From positions 32,001 through 96,000 of the IMG/VR virus record IMGVR_UViG_3300020413_000003: a stretch of DNA of 64,000 nucleotides; one strand, written 5' to 3'. Positions within the stretch are counted from its first letter, which is position 1; each line of letters starts with the position of its first letter. Made by a program: the position numbers and the translations under genes. A model generated the notes under the pieces. That model was given only the letters and a program-made list of their open reading frames with translations, was not told where the DNA came from and searched no databases. Source of the stretch: a virus. Lineage: Duplodnaviria; Caudoviricetes. Positions 47,801 to 52,100 of this stretch are shown piece by piece.

Positions 47801-47927
47801 AATTAGTAACGTTGGTTCTGGATATCAAAATCCTATAATCAATGTTGAGACTTCAGTCCCAGATGACTGGACTGCTCCAGACTTAAGTCTATACGGGGAA
47901 GAGGGAGTTGACCCCGAAACCCCATAA
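23826..47927 (+). CDS. g7: Giant baseplate wedge initiator gp7 / multidomain virion protein (8033 aa)
   Basis: N-terminal P.F....YPLF..FLEYYY and IKDFYSCKGT..LFKLLYG; internal QDSYYYQDFSY..VHPA; position between g6 and g8; GxGY repeats, YHYH-like, propeller-like, LamG-like and nested Cys/His repeats. Confidence 0.88.
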   Translation: MTNINKVSQAVVSQTPDFVESDYPLFNRFLEYYYASQEKTGLGQNILNNFLGYLDIDKLDISILDGATKVREAITATSDRIVVESVDSFLEKNGTILVDGEVIFYESTTSSPNIALTPGVNYDQVKLKWDELASPLTSFDGTTSRFPLTSQSNPVGPPSAQHLIVRVYGDWLLPNVDYTIDGDHIVFTTPPRARVVADDASYTYITYLNGFVENQIVAMDNISGAFGENKRQFTITRNGVRYEPTVDEYCLAVYDNKLMIPKVDFFIDGDQFIFNTAPLNGRLLSFYVIEAPIPSFGAGAVGFAQVSDTGTLTGITVNNTGSKYRFQYPPQVSVNSDTGSGASATALVNGVKELSLLNGGFGYSETNPPVVQVESPTLDGSQQATLKATVTNGAVSSLEIVNSGSGYTFTPRITFRQPGGCTLGTGQILNGSISAVPAITYGGFGYTTAPTVYVDEPTGESPIRANIQATVLNGEVTALTILNAGQGYTSTPRIAIVDPVGAQVLETVVDTDGRVTSIELLDGGNGYEDVPSVYIVDNRLDDRGTFIGGSGATASASIFNGRITDINVTEFGTGYSQTTPPTVVIQTPPSADASATIGVNEVTGFNINQNGTGYTKAQFIGCARAASAITSYTQSGNAVFTDTTSAVEHALDSPVKCLDSLFVKRLLDKYTQQYLPDVPSLDYNTIDVRTAIKTIKDFYSCKGTSYSIAYLFKLLYGEQVNISYPKDQIIKPSAATWSIDTILRATIVSGDPANIRDGLLTQDADIADENIRAASALVENFISIKTSQTEIYELILSEETIDGTFIVPYKTKLAEPLNQTEGIITVDSTIGWPERNGEFLIGSSSDTAELIQYKEKSLNQFIECTRSVNNVVEDWDSATEVKSNFKVYVNKGTAQEVIMNVVGIVDAQQTTLTDTGSYYLPGDKLAISKLGGTDASSELITWLYNVKKLISVTGITFGGINDQAATVTCANPHGLLVGDQVTIYGANPIIYNGTFLVTSRDSTTVFQYQLPQPGGVIPQGNILVSIDLNKGKSSSAQILTAIGSYTTNVQNTFFNDNHVYVASTGIPNYDIGPFPGSALLPGNQRKLNRFPRVAQTISTKNLINPGPVGTWVNGVSIWSYKSSLFKTFGAVTGITITNVGQDYDAASPPNITIAGGGGSGATGSVVVNGSLSEVEVLTGGTGYTSSPLVSIVGGNGSGAAATAIITKGVVSRILINSGGTGYTSQPSITIVGGGGTGATATANVRGPIQSISVDQGGASYTSKPTVTLSSGSGAVAQAIVQNGRIISIAIISAGSGYTTAPIISIQGDGFGAVARAGIDIDGENAGRVTSVQILNRGIGYIQGTTLINLTSVGQDALFTANVFQWTYNLQATSILDTAKGGVFEGFNNQYGGEYAHLSNPQRLRYVLGDNLQEPTVGNIVEQAEQLDHSPIVGWAFDGNPIYGPYGYADPTDQGSAINRLNTSYKLKTELVYDVVTNPYPTRTAGPLLTNEAAGNFVEDYEYSFGLGDLDQYNGRFCKTPEFPAGRYCYFVTIDTTEQGNAMFPYVLGPSFNSVVDTWNLTDGATQQNIPTGVVRYRDPYENVDIDVERAPNASTNALTTEDGELLLFEVEDENRDAIISQDELDDPDQIFEESPLQLFDYFPKVKFDSKVDIEVETITKFEDASVTGFTVENPGASYQVADRLVFDNTDTDGTGVSARVSHIKGEAVSTYSYESIGGINYGVLKTSTPHNLTVDDQVVIDYTPIMNNTNKTFVVKQIKGVEEIVIDQQGSGYNSELPPTIILDGDGTAAALEAVVTSVGSISTVNITNSGQNYTTNPRVILSHPQIYKKADYYVSKIANENYVKVNDVFVNDAKEIFICGKTKDSFGYTIGFLAKLSATGVKDWEKTIKSTDGQQEVEFERLLIDGQDIYVAGHNKPNASILEAYNPDVVLCKYTQAENGLSATLQYQKAYAGISGSTRSDNISAIAKYSDTRFVLGGFTNTNSGNPFDAYIAVVDTLGNFAVKRKITSVNVSEKVTDLLVNGTDIYYTLEIATSPNATSVDTGIGKATVGTSAISLVWTKQLTNTLYSFMDTSLTIDEFSELYITATTRLKSDNTTKDGFWIGKLDSDGAFLWNYRYAVAGGYTINVAKRTHIDIFGDLNIAVNKYLNTNGELTVDVVKVGYNGIIKNQTNNKFDLNNIEGVTAHSLYPDSSGDIHVFGQTSWNRNELLIPFTSGATTDVTGHYTATFVGDGNSLQYDTTNGFAKLLGKDSTTPSTWVNSVIQVNGSDLTTKMTGDWTIEFMLFKDAANNNNTHSQTQQTLIAIGDATLSTGGLWLYYDISSGEMQLVVTANGTALNSASGSLQSTVTTMFADNTWQFVALTKSAGQYTAYVNGIQVLQGTIDNTAFQNQNLYIGNIPGKSGTLNQFRSNEQGQYFVDNLRIRNRAVVPTVPNDVTNYPIAGEFSEGFTWTDTSWFSTYTNKYDYIDYVGWGLKVDKNSDAARIGTQTVQTNTQVGFTRTAIVLQTGLPLTVNNTGFGLAEAGFQNLDFDDADTSMTQDSDSLSYTQDVWSSRTATVPSPGSKKLRVTAVVKDRYFFKVTPTVKIDNIQELTLNQQFVFTTGSKLVLSSSSGSFINSGYIIRQNSVGNKIYLAVNNNAWANDLNTGELTTEQFNEQSTYGIVGPIPADVNELIYTFPLLNNTTPGTFDIDLNNFNHPEGGSNNLDELTNFKPYTDDDYSIRIDEVAGGSPFIPGSVVNINSGDISFNAAYTTASIINLTGVLKITLVATLKKIIQVTAVANSDEVYIVTANSHYLTQGEMVSIDGNPSQTVDSVVYDEYDGAFPVHTIVSPVEFTYKLPSAAITSPATSSGSVNIYVKSPVLKMYYGHQYLFDVGHSSMAGGNLSFSKDNLYKLEYSFNSIERVGTPGITGQGVPNPTVKLKVDTDIVTNISYYFDPSRTGADSPVIASSYLDVVNSPYVGNFAITSTSGATITRGADTFKFVLANEPEGNADVINTSYSTSSLKAVGSISDIRIVNGGGFYTRLPVVTSIQSSRQIERIQIDAPGTEYAVGVYNSVPIAGDGEGGFVSITVADGTDDDGVTIPGQIQSVVVTSPGKGYTTASIDVESISGILGAGLTGSGVDLNVVIPPAGTGASIFTKGTKVGKIKKLQNNNFGYDYPHDYTLRPEISFPINAQLTSTSILDSITVTDPGSGYSQAPTVVITGGGGQNATAEAFIKNGRLDDILVKDPGSGYSSAPTVALRSSFNYVVNLDLGLLQFAFPHGIVNGSEVTLTVTDTGDGAEFPLSAGAVGRLNSTNTYYAIAGTANSLEENQLKIAITAANAALGDSLSFVNAGTGRQTILTESFGGAATANVITSTFLEGELVYQGDTLDAATASGYVSTNQGWQVGPRIIKIVDYTGNFNANERITGVISKSSGIISDLKIARGVLEIGSITKTTGQFIDDIGKPSEIIQKIQDSYYYQDFSYAVKSAVSIGEWKEILLKNVHPASFKVFGELNLAEYGQIPNKETDFQITKAVELAREAIVPNIQSFSLVEPVYSQFNNSEVLFRQKRLTSSENILTSVVQRIDDISNQFDGVKTQFQLKVNGDNVVANANQLMIILNGVAQTPETSFNIQGDSIVFSQPPQPPASIKYVNVTIQEITISTLEFTNISGIFPLKGNTMAGQTSLARFTVTAVVGNSIFGFFVEGTAFTVGELVSNSATGFIANYASVSTVSNLGLFVFGEQVSNLTGETAKVEAINLAGGSEAPLGQLRYGIGPSTASVEIVAAKILSTDADTPPAAGTFTVGGNYQIGSEIVNVTNVTTNNDSVVLEITRGELGTTAATQAEDGPVYATTVLVNDKLTLSKTTGTYQSTPGLFDLALDDVIIGAQSGVVARLTATSTYQDPTTNEFIGQVNISEGSSFFGLLFNRVTSITYPNIVLDDISLSTISVVDYTDYVTDIDSQFPANEFISQIVIPYDNASGSLSIGEKIRNYKFDYGNNVGTFNSGEAGKSRKLSFKDKIGTGLFSTGDTIRTRDTKAEVIGFNFSGNTIYLGKIGRSLRGGGDYHVFNFSGSAQLDTSIKKFGDSSLQLDLATSDYIQIPASSEFTRGTGDYTIEFWIRLDAVSLADTKTLVDMRTSATEVALRIYLEAAQVRVNVNGSDIATSGGNALNNNVWYHLVIQRTGTTVKIISNGVEIGTGTDSGNYTLDRPIRIGADLSGLNSITAHIDEFRYSTVARYATIPFTSPNGIFQGDTDTKVLCHFDGADGATKTEDWSGGESFTKGEYVNNDSILTTNSSNPTAAPAGFNIKSHRYINAADLMLMNKEYLAQETVYIMKEVFPAHSVKGSEVDCEDDVRDVVDSIVEDLRNGSNHHMWKAASYYVNREVNPIQIVNVEDDVSMTVYVYEILDKIAKYIVNNVPWSTQGDHGLTQKYDTTITFDGYTSQTLTKFTPTAIDYHPSMGDMEITAASHGLAAPRTITASGSGYTATTGVLTIESVGHSLETGDRIKFEPNSITMTCTCDGNVVSQSYPRDDDPANQGWLEVSKIDNDNFSVNVGTSPTVNFTATSADYNSNTGFLTMDIGDNDLRPGSKYTVESAAYNPTSGVMTVGIGNDQYNVIDADYSPTSGDLEIFVSSHNLKTGQKVKIANDGLTFRCSQDDYATDHPYPRATDPARNTALEVLHVTDESFTVNVGKSPIVEFDVSNATFNPNTGDMELTIGNHSLSSGTSIRIATQSIGFTCTYGAGVHYYPRPLIDVHVPTDASYNPTTGVVTFTVNQGHGMKNGDKVKIPDYSLSFTCDKDNNATTHRYPRPYDPISDKWIEISNVQTTSIDVQVLDTAPSTNTSTHTFVSFTDVISQKRDKSFEQSIPITATTGTTITINVGVSSNTTTHTYSTSKAGAVITGGNYKHKFRSALDNAITVEHGLYVGDRVMFDRDSLTFTCLEDSGATEHTYPRITDPYYNKWLPISNVTHTTFDVQVLSSTPSTNQTAHTFVRAKVNGLTRSGETLKLAKDALSFTCSQDNDSTVHSYPRVDDSVYNTAIPIWSNGNTRMTAEGASYNTSTGLLTINILNHGLTVGTELRLENNSLVFTCAKDGNKTEHSYPRRKDPYAARWLRIKAVSDHTFTVFVGEASSTGQYAHTFVRAVKDGIVKRDNTVTVNVGATPTKAYTPSAATYNASTGALELNVGTHSYPAPTQHTPTDVAYNPVSGVMTLTIAGHNFSNGEKIKIADNGIKLSCPYGGATGTAAQKDYPRSTDPVSNKWIPIFNVTTDTFDVQVLDSIPSTNVDTHTFVSAVNNCVSKANYTVKLAPDSLLMTCDMDTNATKHVYPRSNVATHTPSTGTSYNPVTGALTVSIPTESFTASAANYNVTSGACVLTISQNAGSYNVTGATYSPSVGTLVLTLGTHSLTTSDRIKITPESLKFTCDYNNDNNTTIHPYPRAAGAYNSTNSKADYAYDTWLDISAVTGTTITVNVNGGQGAITDISNHTFVGALDGAVQVGHGIVPGNKVKLAPNSLTFTCTLDGNTAQKSYPRSTGANTTSGADYAYDKWLRVMDVGDNTITVNLNGGQGAISDTSAHTFVSATTNGITLGHGMVAGTPIKIKDGGVTFRCAHDNNATLHPYPRSTDPASDKWLFIKNVSDTQFEVDILQGTTPTNTTTHTYAGSLDNCIIQGDPLVAQAIPIDAVTGNTITINALDGYTPSFTPNHTLDSVATSQFTPTNAVYNGTTGLMTITVLTANFQPSTVAYNAITGEMQMTIGTHSLAVGEEILIAPNSLTFTCDYNGDGNTTNKTYPRATGAATPSGADFAYNNQLVITDTTNTTITVNVNGGGGAITDTTNHVFVSALADAVSVSHGMKNGEKIKIADNGITFTCTHDSNATNHPYPRVTDPASGRWLDVHNVTNTTFDVQVLDEIPSTNTTTHTFVSATTNAITRAIVSTGGNYKHKFISGLTNGVRTGGDYTHTFVSATSNGIHVAGDSIYIDNNSLRFTCSQDNHETQHDYPRATDPAAKHVMEVKTKDDNRFVVNVGKSPQDKRYDHLFVSGDANSITKSKYVITNCSDVYTTTNNLIDILRDTITQAALPSPVDHLASITDLLPVDEFVGGTIHSYLEVPFKVTYEDDAQEMVYTDRIDVFSRYRFRDAANLIRQNTGAIVDKASYDMLIRYPALYQDMPRNNNGASTDGIERCKTDLTQVCGGLANDIENGGNKNVVAAAGFYIGQFNEIQHIRLQLLQSIYVHNRLVFYLKQAIDGSLTTDNTENLIVGDWGITNDDSVTTYDVYNASYDAGTGDLVMTLASNTGTFSVSGAVYNPTSGDLTLTIGTHTLTTNDKVGIAEESLVFTCDYNGNGNQTQKRYPRSFGAGTTNGADYAYNQFLDITQVNQSGGTITVNVNGGQGAITDTTTHNFVVTPSATNAVTVGHGFTAGDSLQIGNEALTFTCSMDGNVSNKTYPRATDPAYGKALTITSATTTTVTVNVGTTPEVKYTPTFATYTATTGVLVLTIGNHNLEVGQPVKINQGALKFTCAMDGNESIKPYPRTSDPFYNKPIDITATTADTIQLNVGQSPIVLHTVSNATYDPTTGVMVLTIGSHTLTAGTSIKLATESLVFTCTLDGNTIQKSYPRATTANTGTGADYAYDTAINIDSADTAAGTITINVNGGQGAISDTSAHTFVSANAGAVRSGGDYVHTFHSADTESIIAGGEYTHVWAGGTATDAVSVIGDCADVKSNIESLINTVNDIIAPTGLDYDTAGNRLYFNRELLASDVTSRMLTEFTYQAGPTTYFAFQFDGNNISAADFQADVEVLIQNLISDLQTGGNNSSIRALQEVYLNSDGTLHRIEDMLMPTVYGMEVLKEAGREAIRNNVFNSSENIPFGGYVTNAAQAAFRDDLETVDIDQVIGDWNNLLDHVIEFFSPGKKEARNGMKNILYNVNYYKNELNNLVNTQFGNGAWVYNDFVDELVGNIVQDSITTPIDHKTTARRITVTSVSGEFIVGEVVTANGGGYAQILEWDSKDRHLYVGPFLSGTISAGETLTGGTQGGGTIPTGGVGIAFDWYTQPSNVEILRNARLISSTVQDQLIGENVGYNYPEDLSSGNTLTEITIGADSAVAPDNAISADKIIASSTVGEHLIHRNYSLNAFETFDGGTVKFDSSTETFDTGQVGTTESQQFTYSVFLKAGEYSKVRFEMALDRDTTEKQQLFYDIDLTDGSVGSIFQPQGGLTVDGTGVIPYGGGWYRAYGTITCSFGFSQLRQQIQIKNATGQTSFAGNASDGLYAWGLKLTKGTIDPYAATTGDVFYADTEYNIKSYTIDRLEEWIYDALKDQLLNPSPESGFVPFFSDSASTYYHPDSIQRLVRYSLEIIRNQLLNSTYYTDIVVQNAIGLPTKDYGTFDFPVALAGGLAGADYLYGLESGSYAELEKVTMNEGEIVQVYQRFRIDANIVDGPYFMNEVVQKQGDSTVTGVVYAFYEDENFKYLDVAVTGGTWTVLDYVVGATNSTTAQINAIEDRIQITGLEGEFVNNIPFKGYDTGETAIPTGFLKAQAAVLDNSGGKLTVDTESLIGSFETSAVIYPEQSKLFMDVARYEGLDVLIGYRISSAGHTRIGITIQNNKNVFVVGNKLNKITNGIIDINNYGYITEVDLDNNILYYILAAGNITNGDQVGDFGVAPDPLNPLGYAVINTKLDIAGAASAVIQDIKDVGVNKRFYLTNVTGTFSGRDGIFGKDNYKAAVITKTDLRGRVERAFRGFDGTQTNFKLTISNGTKYFPDPAGHMLIFINGVLQPPGSANAYTAFSDNIQFTEAPDLGASFTGFYVGKLRQLDDISFEFDSLRQSFNLKRDDVFYSLTLTDGVQSSTILPENNIICSLNGVIQEPGVGFELVGSRIIFSEIPRVGSTFVAFSYVGSEADVDAAEVVPPIEVGDFIDIQGETEDRQVAVIESSNSLITFDYLGSVFGQNAQASATLTSGTIDKVQVTSGGSGYTTRPNVRVDSISGFDGNIRALIGVAGVEISNVGSGYQNPIINVETSVPDDWTAPDLSLYGEEGVDPETP
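37125..41942 (+). repeat. 15 nested copies of a ~110-aa Y-N-P-x-T-G / FTC..YPR..DP / HxF domain within gp7
   Basis: 15 YPR motifs, each preceded by a Cys; segments interleave in balanced order. Confidence 0.85.
42606..43940 (+). repeat. 4 further nested copies of the same domain within gp7
   Basis: 4 FTC..YPR motifs; closers GGDYVHTF and GGEYTHVW. Confidence 0.85.
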
Positions 47928-47930
47928 ATA
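47923..47930 (+). promoter_or_regulatory. T4-type late promoter
   Basis: CATAAATA 22 nt before ATG 47953. Confidence 0.75.
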
Positions 47931-47952
47931 ACTACACAGAAAATAGCGAGTA

Positions 47953-49179
47953 ATGGCTAAACAAACGATAGGTCTTGGATCTGCTGCTAACGATAATACA
48001 GGTGACACTCTTCGAGCAGGTGGTGACAAGGTAAACGACAATTTTAGTGAGATATACACTGCTCTTGGGAACGGAAGTAACCTGACGGTAACTCTTGCAA
48101 ACCCTGCTGTTAATCAGGTGTTGCGTTATAATGGTACAACCTTTATTCCTTCTGACTACACACAATTAACTTCTGCTCTTGACGTAAATAGTAATTCTAT
48201 AATTTCTTCTTCAAACGGTAATATATCTATTGCTCCTAATGGCACTGGAAATGTATCTATATCTAACGGAAGTGTTACTAATACATTTAATGGCACAGAT
48301 GGAACTATAGATCTTCCAACAATAATAAAATATAAAAACGAATATACTTCTCTTGGTGCATCTCCTCTACCTGCAACATATCCTGGTTATTTCTTTACTG
48401 TAGATGGTGATGATAATCCATATGTAAACATTAATATAACTGCAGGTGGTGTTGGTGATGCTAGAGCAAAAGTATTAACAGAGTATTCTACTCTTGGTTT
48501 AGTTAGTGATGTAGATGTAGTATCAAGTGCTCCTACTAATGGACAAGTTTTAAAATGGAATACTTCAAGTAGTAAGTGGTTACCTGCTGATGATATAGCA
48601 GGTGCAGGATCACAGAATATATGGGAGTCTATTGTTGCTGATACAGGAACAACTACTGCTGATTCTGACACTGATTCTTTAACAATATCTGGTGGAACAG
48701 ATATCGCAACTACTATTACGGGTGATACAGTAACAATCAATTATACTGGAACTCCTGTAACAACATTTGCTGCTTTAACTGATTCTGATTTATCAGGAAT
48801 AGTTAAAGGTGATTCAATTTATTGGAATAATACTGACTGGGTTGTATCTAGAAGTCCAGTTATTTGGTGGAACTTGAACTCTAGTGGTGCATCTGATTAC
48901 ACCTTCTCTGGTCCTGGTTTTACTGGTGCTGTAAATGACCCAACTCTTTATGTTTATAGAGGGTTTACTTACATCTTTGATAACTCAGTTCAAGGTGGTG
49001 CTCATCCATTCAGAATTCAAAGTACACAGGGTTTAACTGGAACTCCATATGTGGCAGGTCAGTCAGGTAGTGGATCTAATATTCTTTATTGGACGGTTCC
49101 GTTAGATGCTCCTGCAACTCTTTATTATCAATGTACACTTCATTCTGCCATGCAAGGCACAATCAACGTAGCGGTATAG
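47953..49179 (+). CDS. Baseplate/fibre connector with gp9/gp10-like N-terminus and cupredoxin-like C-terminus
   Basis: MAKQTIGLGSAANDNTGDTLRAGGDKVNDNFSEIY; C-terminal HPF...YYQCTLHSAM. Confidence 0.8.
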   Translation: MAKQTIGLGSAANDNTGDTLRAGGDKVNDNFSEIYTALGNGSNLTVTLANPAVNQVLRYNGTTFIPSDYTQLTSALDVNSNSIISSSNGNISIAPNGTGNVSISNGSVTNTFNGTDGTIDLPTIIKYKNEYTSLGASPLPATYPGYFFTVDGDDNPYVNINITAGGVGDARAKVLTEYSTLGLVSDVDVVSSAPTNGQVLKWNTSSSKWLPADDIAGAGSQNIWESIVADTGTTTADSDTDSLTISGGTDIATTITGDTVTINYTGTPVTTFAALTDSDLSGIVKGDSIYWNNTDWVVSRSPVIWWNLNSSGASDYTFSGPGFTGAVNDPTLYVYRGFTYIFDNSVQGGAHPFRIQSTQGLTGTPYVAGQSGSGSNILYWTVPLDAPATLYYQCTLHSAMQGTINVAV

Positions 49180-49184
49180 AATAA

Positions 49185-52100
49185 ATGGCAAGAACGGTTC
49201 CTGGTTCTGGTGCTGTCATTGAACCAATTTTCGATGAGATCTTTGGAGTTCGTGCGGTAGAAGTCACAAACGGTGGAAGTGGATACTCTCAAGCAGATCC
49301 ACCTCGTTTGGTAATATCTGGTTGTGGAACCCCAGATGTAGAAGCGTTATTATATCCTATTATTGATTCTGAATCAGGAAAAATAATACATGTTAGAGTT
49401 CTTACTAGAGGTAGAGGATATGATCCGTTAAGACTTCAGATCATTCCAGAACAAGAAACTCCTAATGTTGTAACTTCATTTGATTTTAAAAGAATATTTC
49501 AAGCACATCCTAATAGTCCTACTACAGCAACATTTACAAGTGATAGACTAAGATTAGTATCAGATAATCATCCTAAACCTTCTCAGCATATTTTATCAGA
49601 AAGAGAACCTAGTGGTTCTTCAACAGTTGTAGATAGATCTTTTGATCAGACATTTATCTATAGAGGTGGTAAAGATGTACCTCATCCAGATGCTGATAAT
49701 AGACAATATCAAGGTGATAAAGCCATGGGTATCATGGCAAATGGTGTTTTGCTTCATACACCTGAGTGGGGACAAGATGGAAGTCCACCACCAGGATTTG
49801 CTATTGATGCTGTAAAGTATCCTTATATTAAAAACAATAATGCATATGATGCAGTAATTGACAATCAAGTTTACTACTATCAAACAAATAAACTTACAGA
49901 CGAGTGGTCTTTAGATAACGGAGTATTTGATTGGGGTAGAATAAGACAGTTTGTTTGGCAAGTTAAAACAGAGCATGATAATATTTTAATTGAATTAAGT
50001 AATTTAGATCAAACCATAGGTTCAATTGAAGTCGGTAGAATTGTTGACTGTATTTCATCTACTGCAAAAGGTGAAGTAGCAAAAATTGTTAAAGATAGTT
50101 TAGGTAATCCAACAAAAATATATTTAAGAACTCTTACTGGTGTTGCTTTCCAAGAAAATGATGTTTGTCTAGGTGCTAATGGATTCCAATTTAAAGTATC
50201 AGGTATCCCAACTCTATTCCCCAATGGAATATTCTATATTGAATTTGGAGAGGAAGCACATGAGTTTGGTGCATTTACACCTGGTCAATTTTATTTTGCT
50301 CCAGAAGGAATTAAAGTTCAAAGAAATTATTTAATAATTTGGGATCAAAGTGATCCAACAAATAATAGTGGTGGAATGCAGCATCCAATGAGATTCAGCA
50401 CAACTGCTGATGGAACTTTGAATGGTGGAACTCTTTATTACAATAGTACTGGTGTTACACAAGCACCTGCTACTGACTATGAAAATGAATATCAACCATT
50501 ATTCTTGATGAATGCTGATGAGAATAATAGAATATATTATTTCTGTGCTAATCATCGTTACATGTCTGGGTATCAGGGCGATGAAGGTTATATGGAACTT
50601 GCGTCAGATGTAGATCCTGACCCAATGGTCAATACATATTACTTTAAAGATTATTATCAATCAAATGCTAATGATCCAAATACCATTGATTATAGTAGAC
50701 ATGTAGATGGTCATTCTAAAATCTTAGGTATGTCCTTTGATGGATATCCTATCTACGGTCCTTGGGGTTATAATTCTAGTGGTGCAGTTGCTAGAGAAGT
50801 ATCAGGACATAGATTAAAAACTACTGCTGAGTTATCAGGTAATCGTCCTCAAGTTAATACAGTTTCTAATGTAACATATACAGTTACTGTATCAAATAAT
50901 TTATTTAATTTTGATGGTAGTAGACCTGCATTTTTAACATTAGATAGAGGTAAGACATATATCTTTAATCAAGATGATTCTTCAAATGATAGTCTATTCT
51001 TATTTGTTGGAACATCTGATGATGGATGGCATGTAGGTGCACCTCCTGTTATTGGAGATACCACATATCTTTTATCAGGTAATCATGTTAAGTATTATAT
51101 TGATGGTGCTGAGACTACTTACAATACTTATATTTCTGCTTTCAATACAGCATCACAAAGAGAAGTTAGATTCCATGTTCCTGTAAATGCTCCTATAGCA
51201 TTATACCTCTTTGCATATTCACAATCAGGTGTAGGAATAAGATGTGTTGTTGAGGGATATGTACTTGGAGATTTGACTGATGATTATATTCCTGATTCAA
51301 CTGTTGGAACTCTTGATGCTTATAATGGTAAGTTTAGTCCTACTCCAGAGTATCCTAATGGAACTTATGCATATTATATGACTGAGGATAGTTCTTCGGT
51401 TCCAACTTATCCTTATGCTATAGGAGATGCATTCTATGGAACTCCTTTATTTGAAGGTGATACCGTTCCTGATCAAGTAGAAATATTCCCAAGCGGTGCT
51501 ACTGGCGATGTTGTTTTAAATGCTAACGGTCAAATATCATACGTTAGAATGAGTCAGTTTGGTGATAATTATTTTGGTCCTGCACAAGCAAAGATTTTAG
51601 GTGGTCAAGGAACAGGTGCATTAGCAAGTCCGATTGTACAAACAGTTACTGGTTTATCATTACTAGCAACAGGTAGAGAGTATGCTACTCCTCCAACACT
51701 TATATTTGAAGGTGGAGGTGGTGGTGTAGGTGCTGAAGGTGCTGCTGAAATTGATACCTTTGGTAAAGTTACTGGAATTAATATTGTTGACGAAGGTGAA
51801 TTCTATCAGGAACCTCCTTATATTTTAATCACAGGTGGTGGTGGTATTGGTGCTAAAGCAGTTGCTAGAATTGATCAAGGTGTAATAGTTGGTATTGATA
51901 TTACAGATTCTGGTTCTGGTTATATTAATCCACCAAATATTGTATTTACTAAACTTGTAAACTTAAAACGTAAGACAAGAGCAAGACAGTCTTACAACTC
52001 TACCGCAATTTATTTAACAGGTCTTGTAAAAGATTTAGCAGCGTCAGACACAGAAATATTTACTGACACAACTACAGGTTTTCCTGGTTCTGGATCTCTT

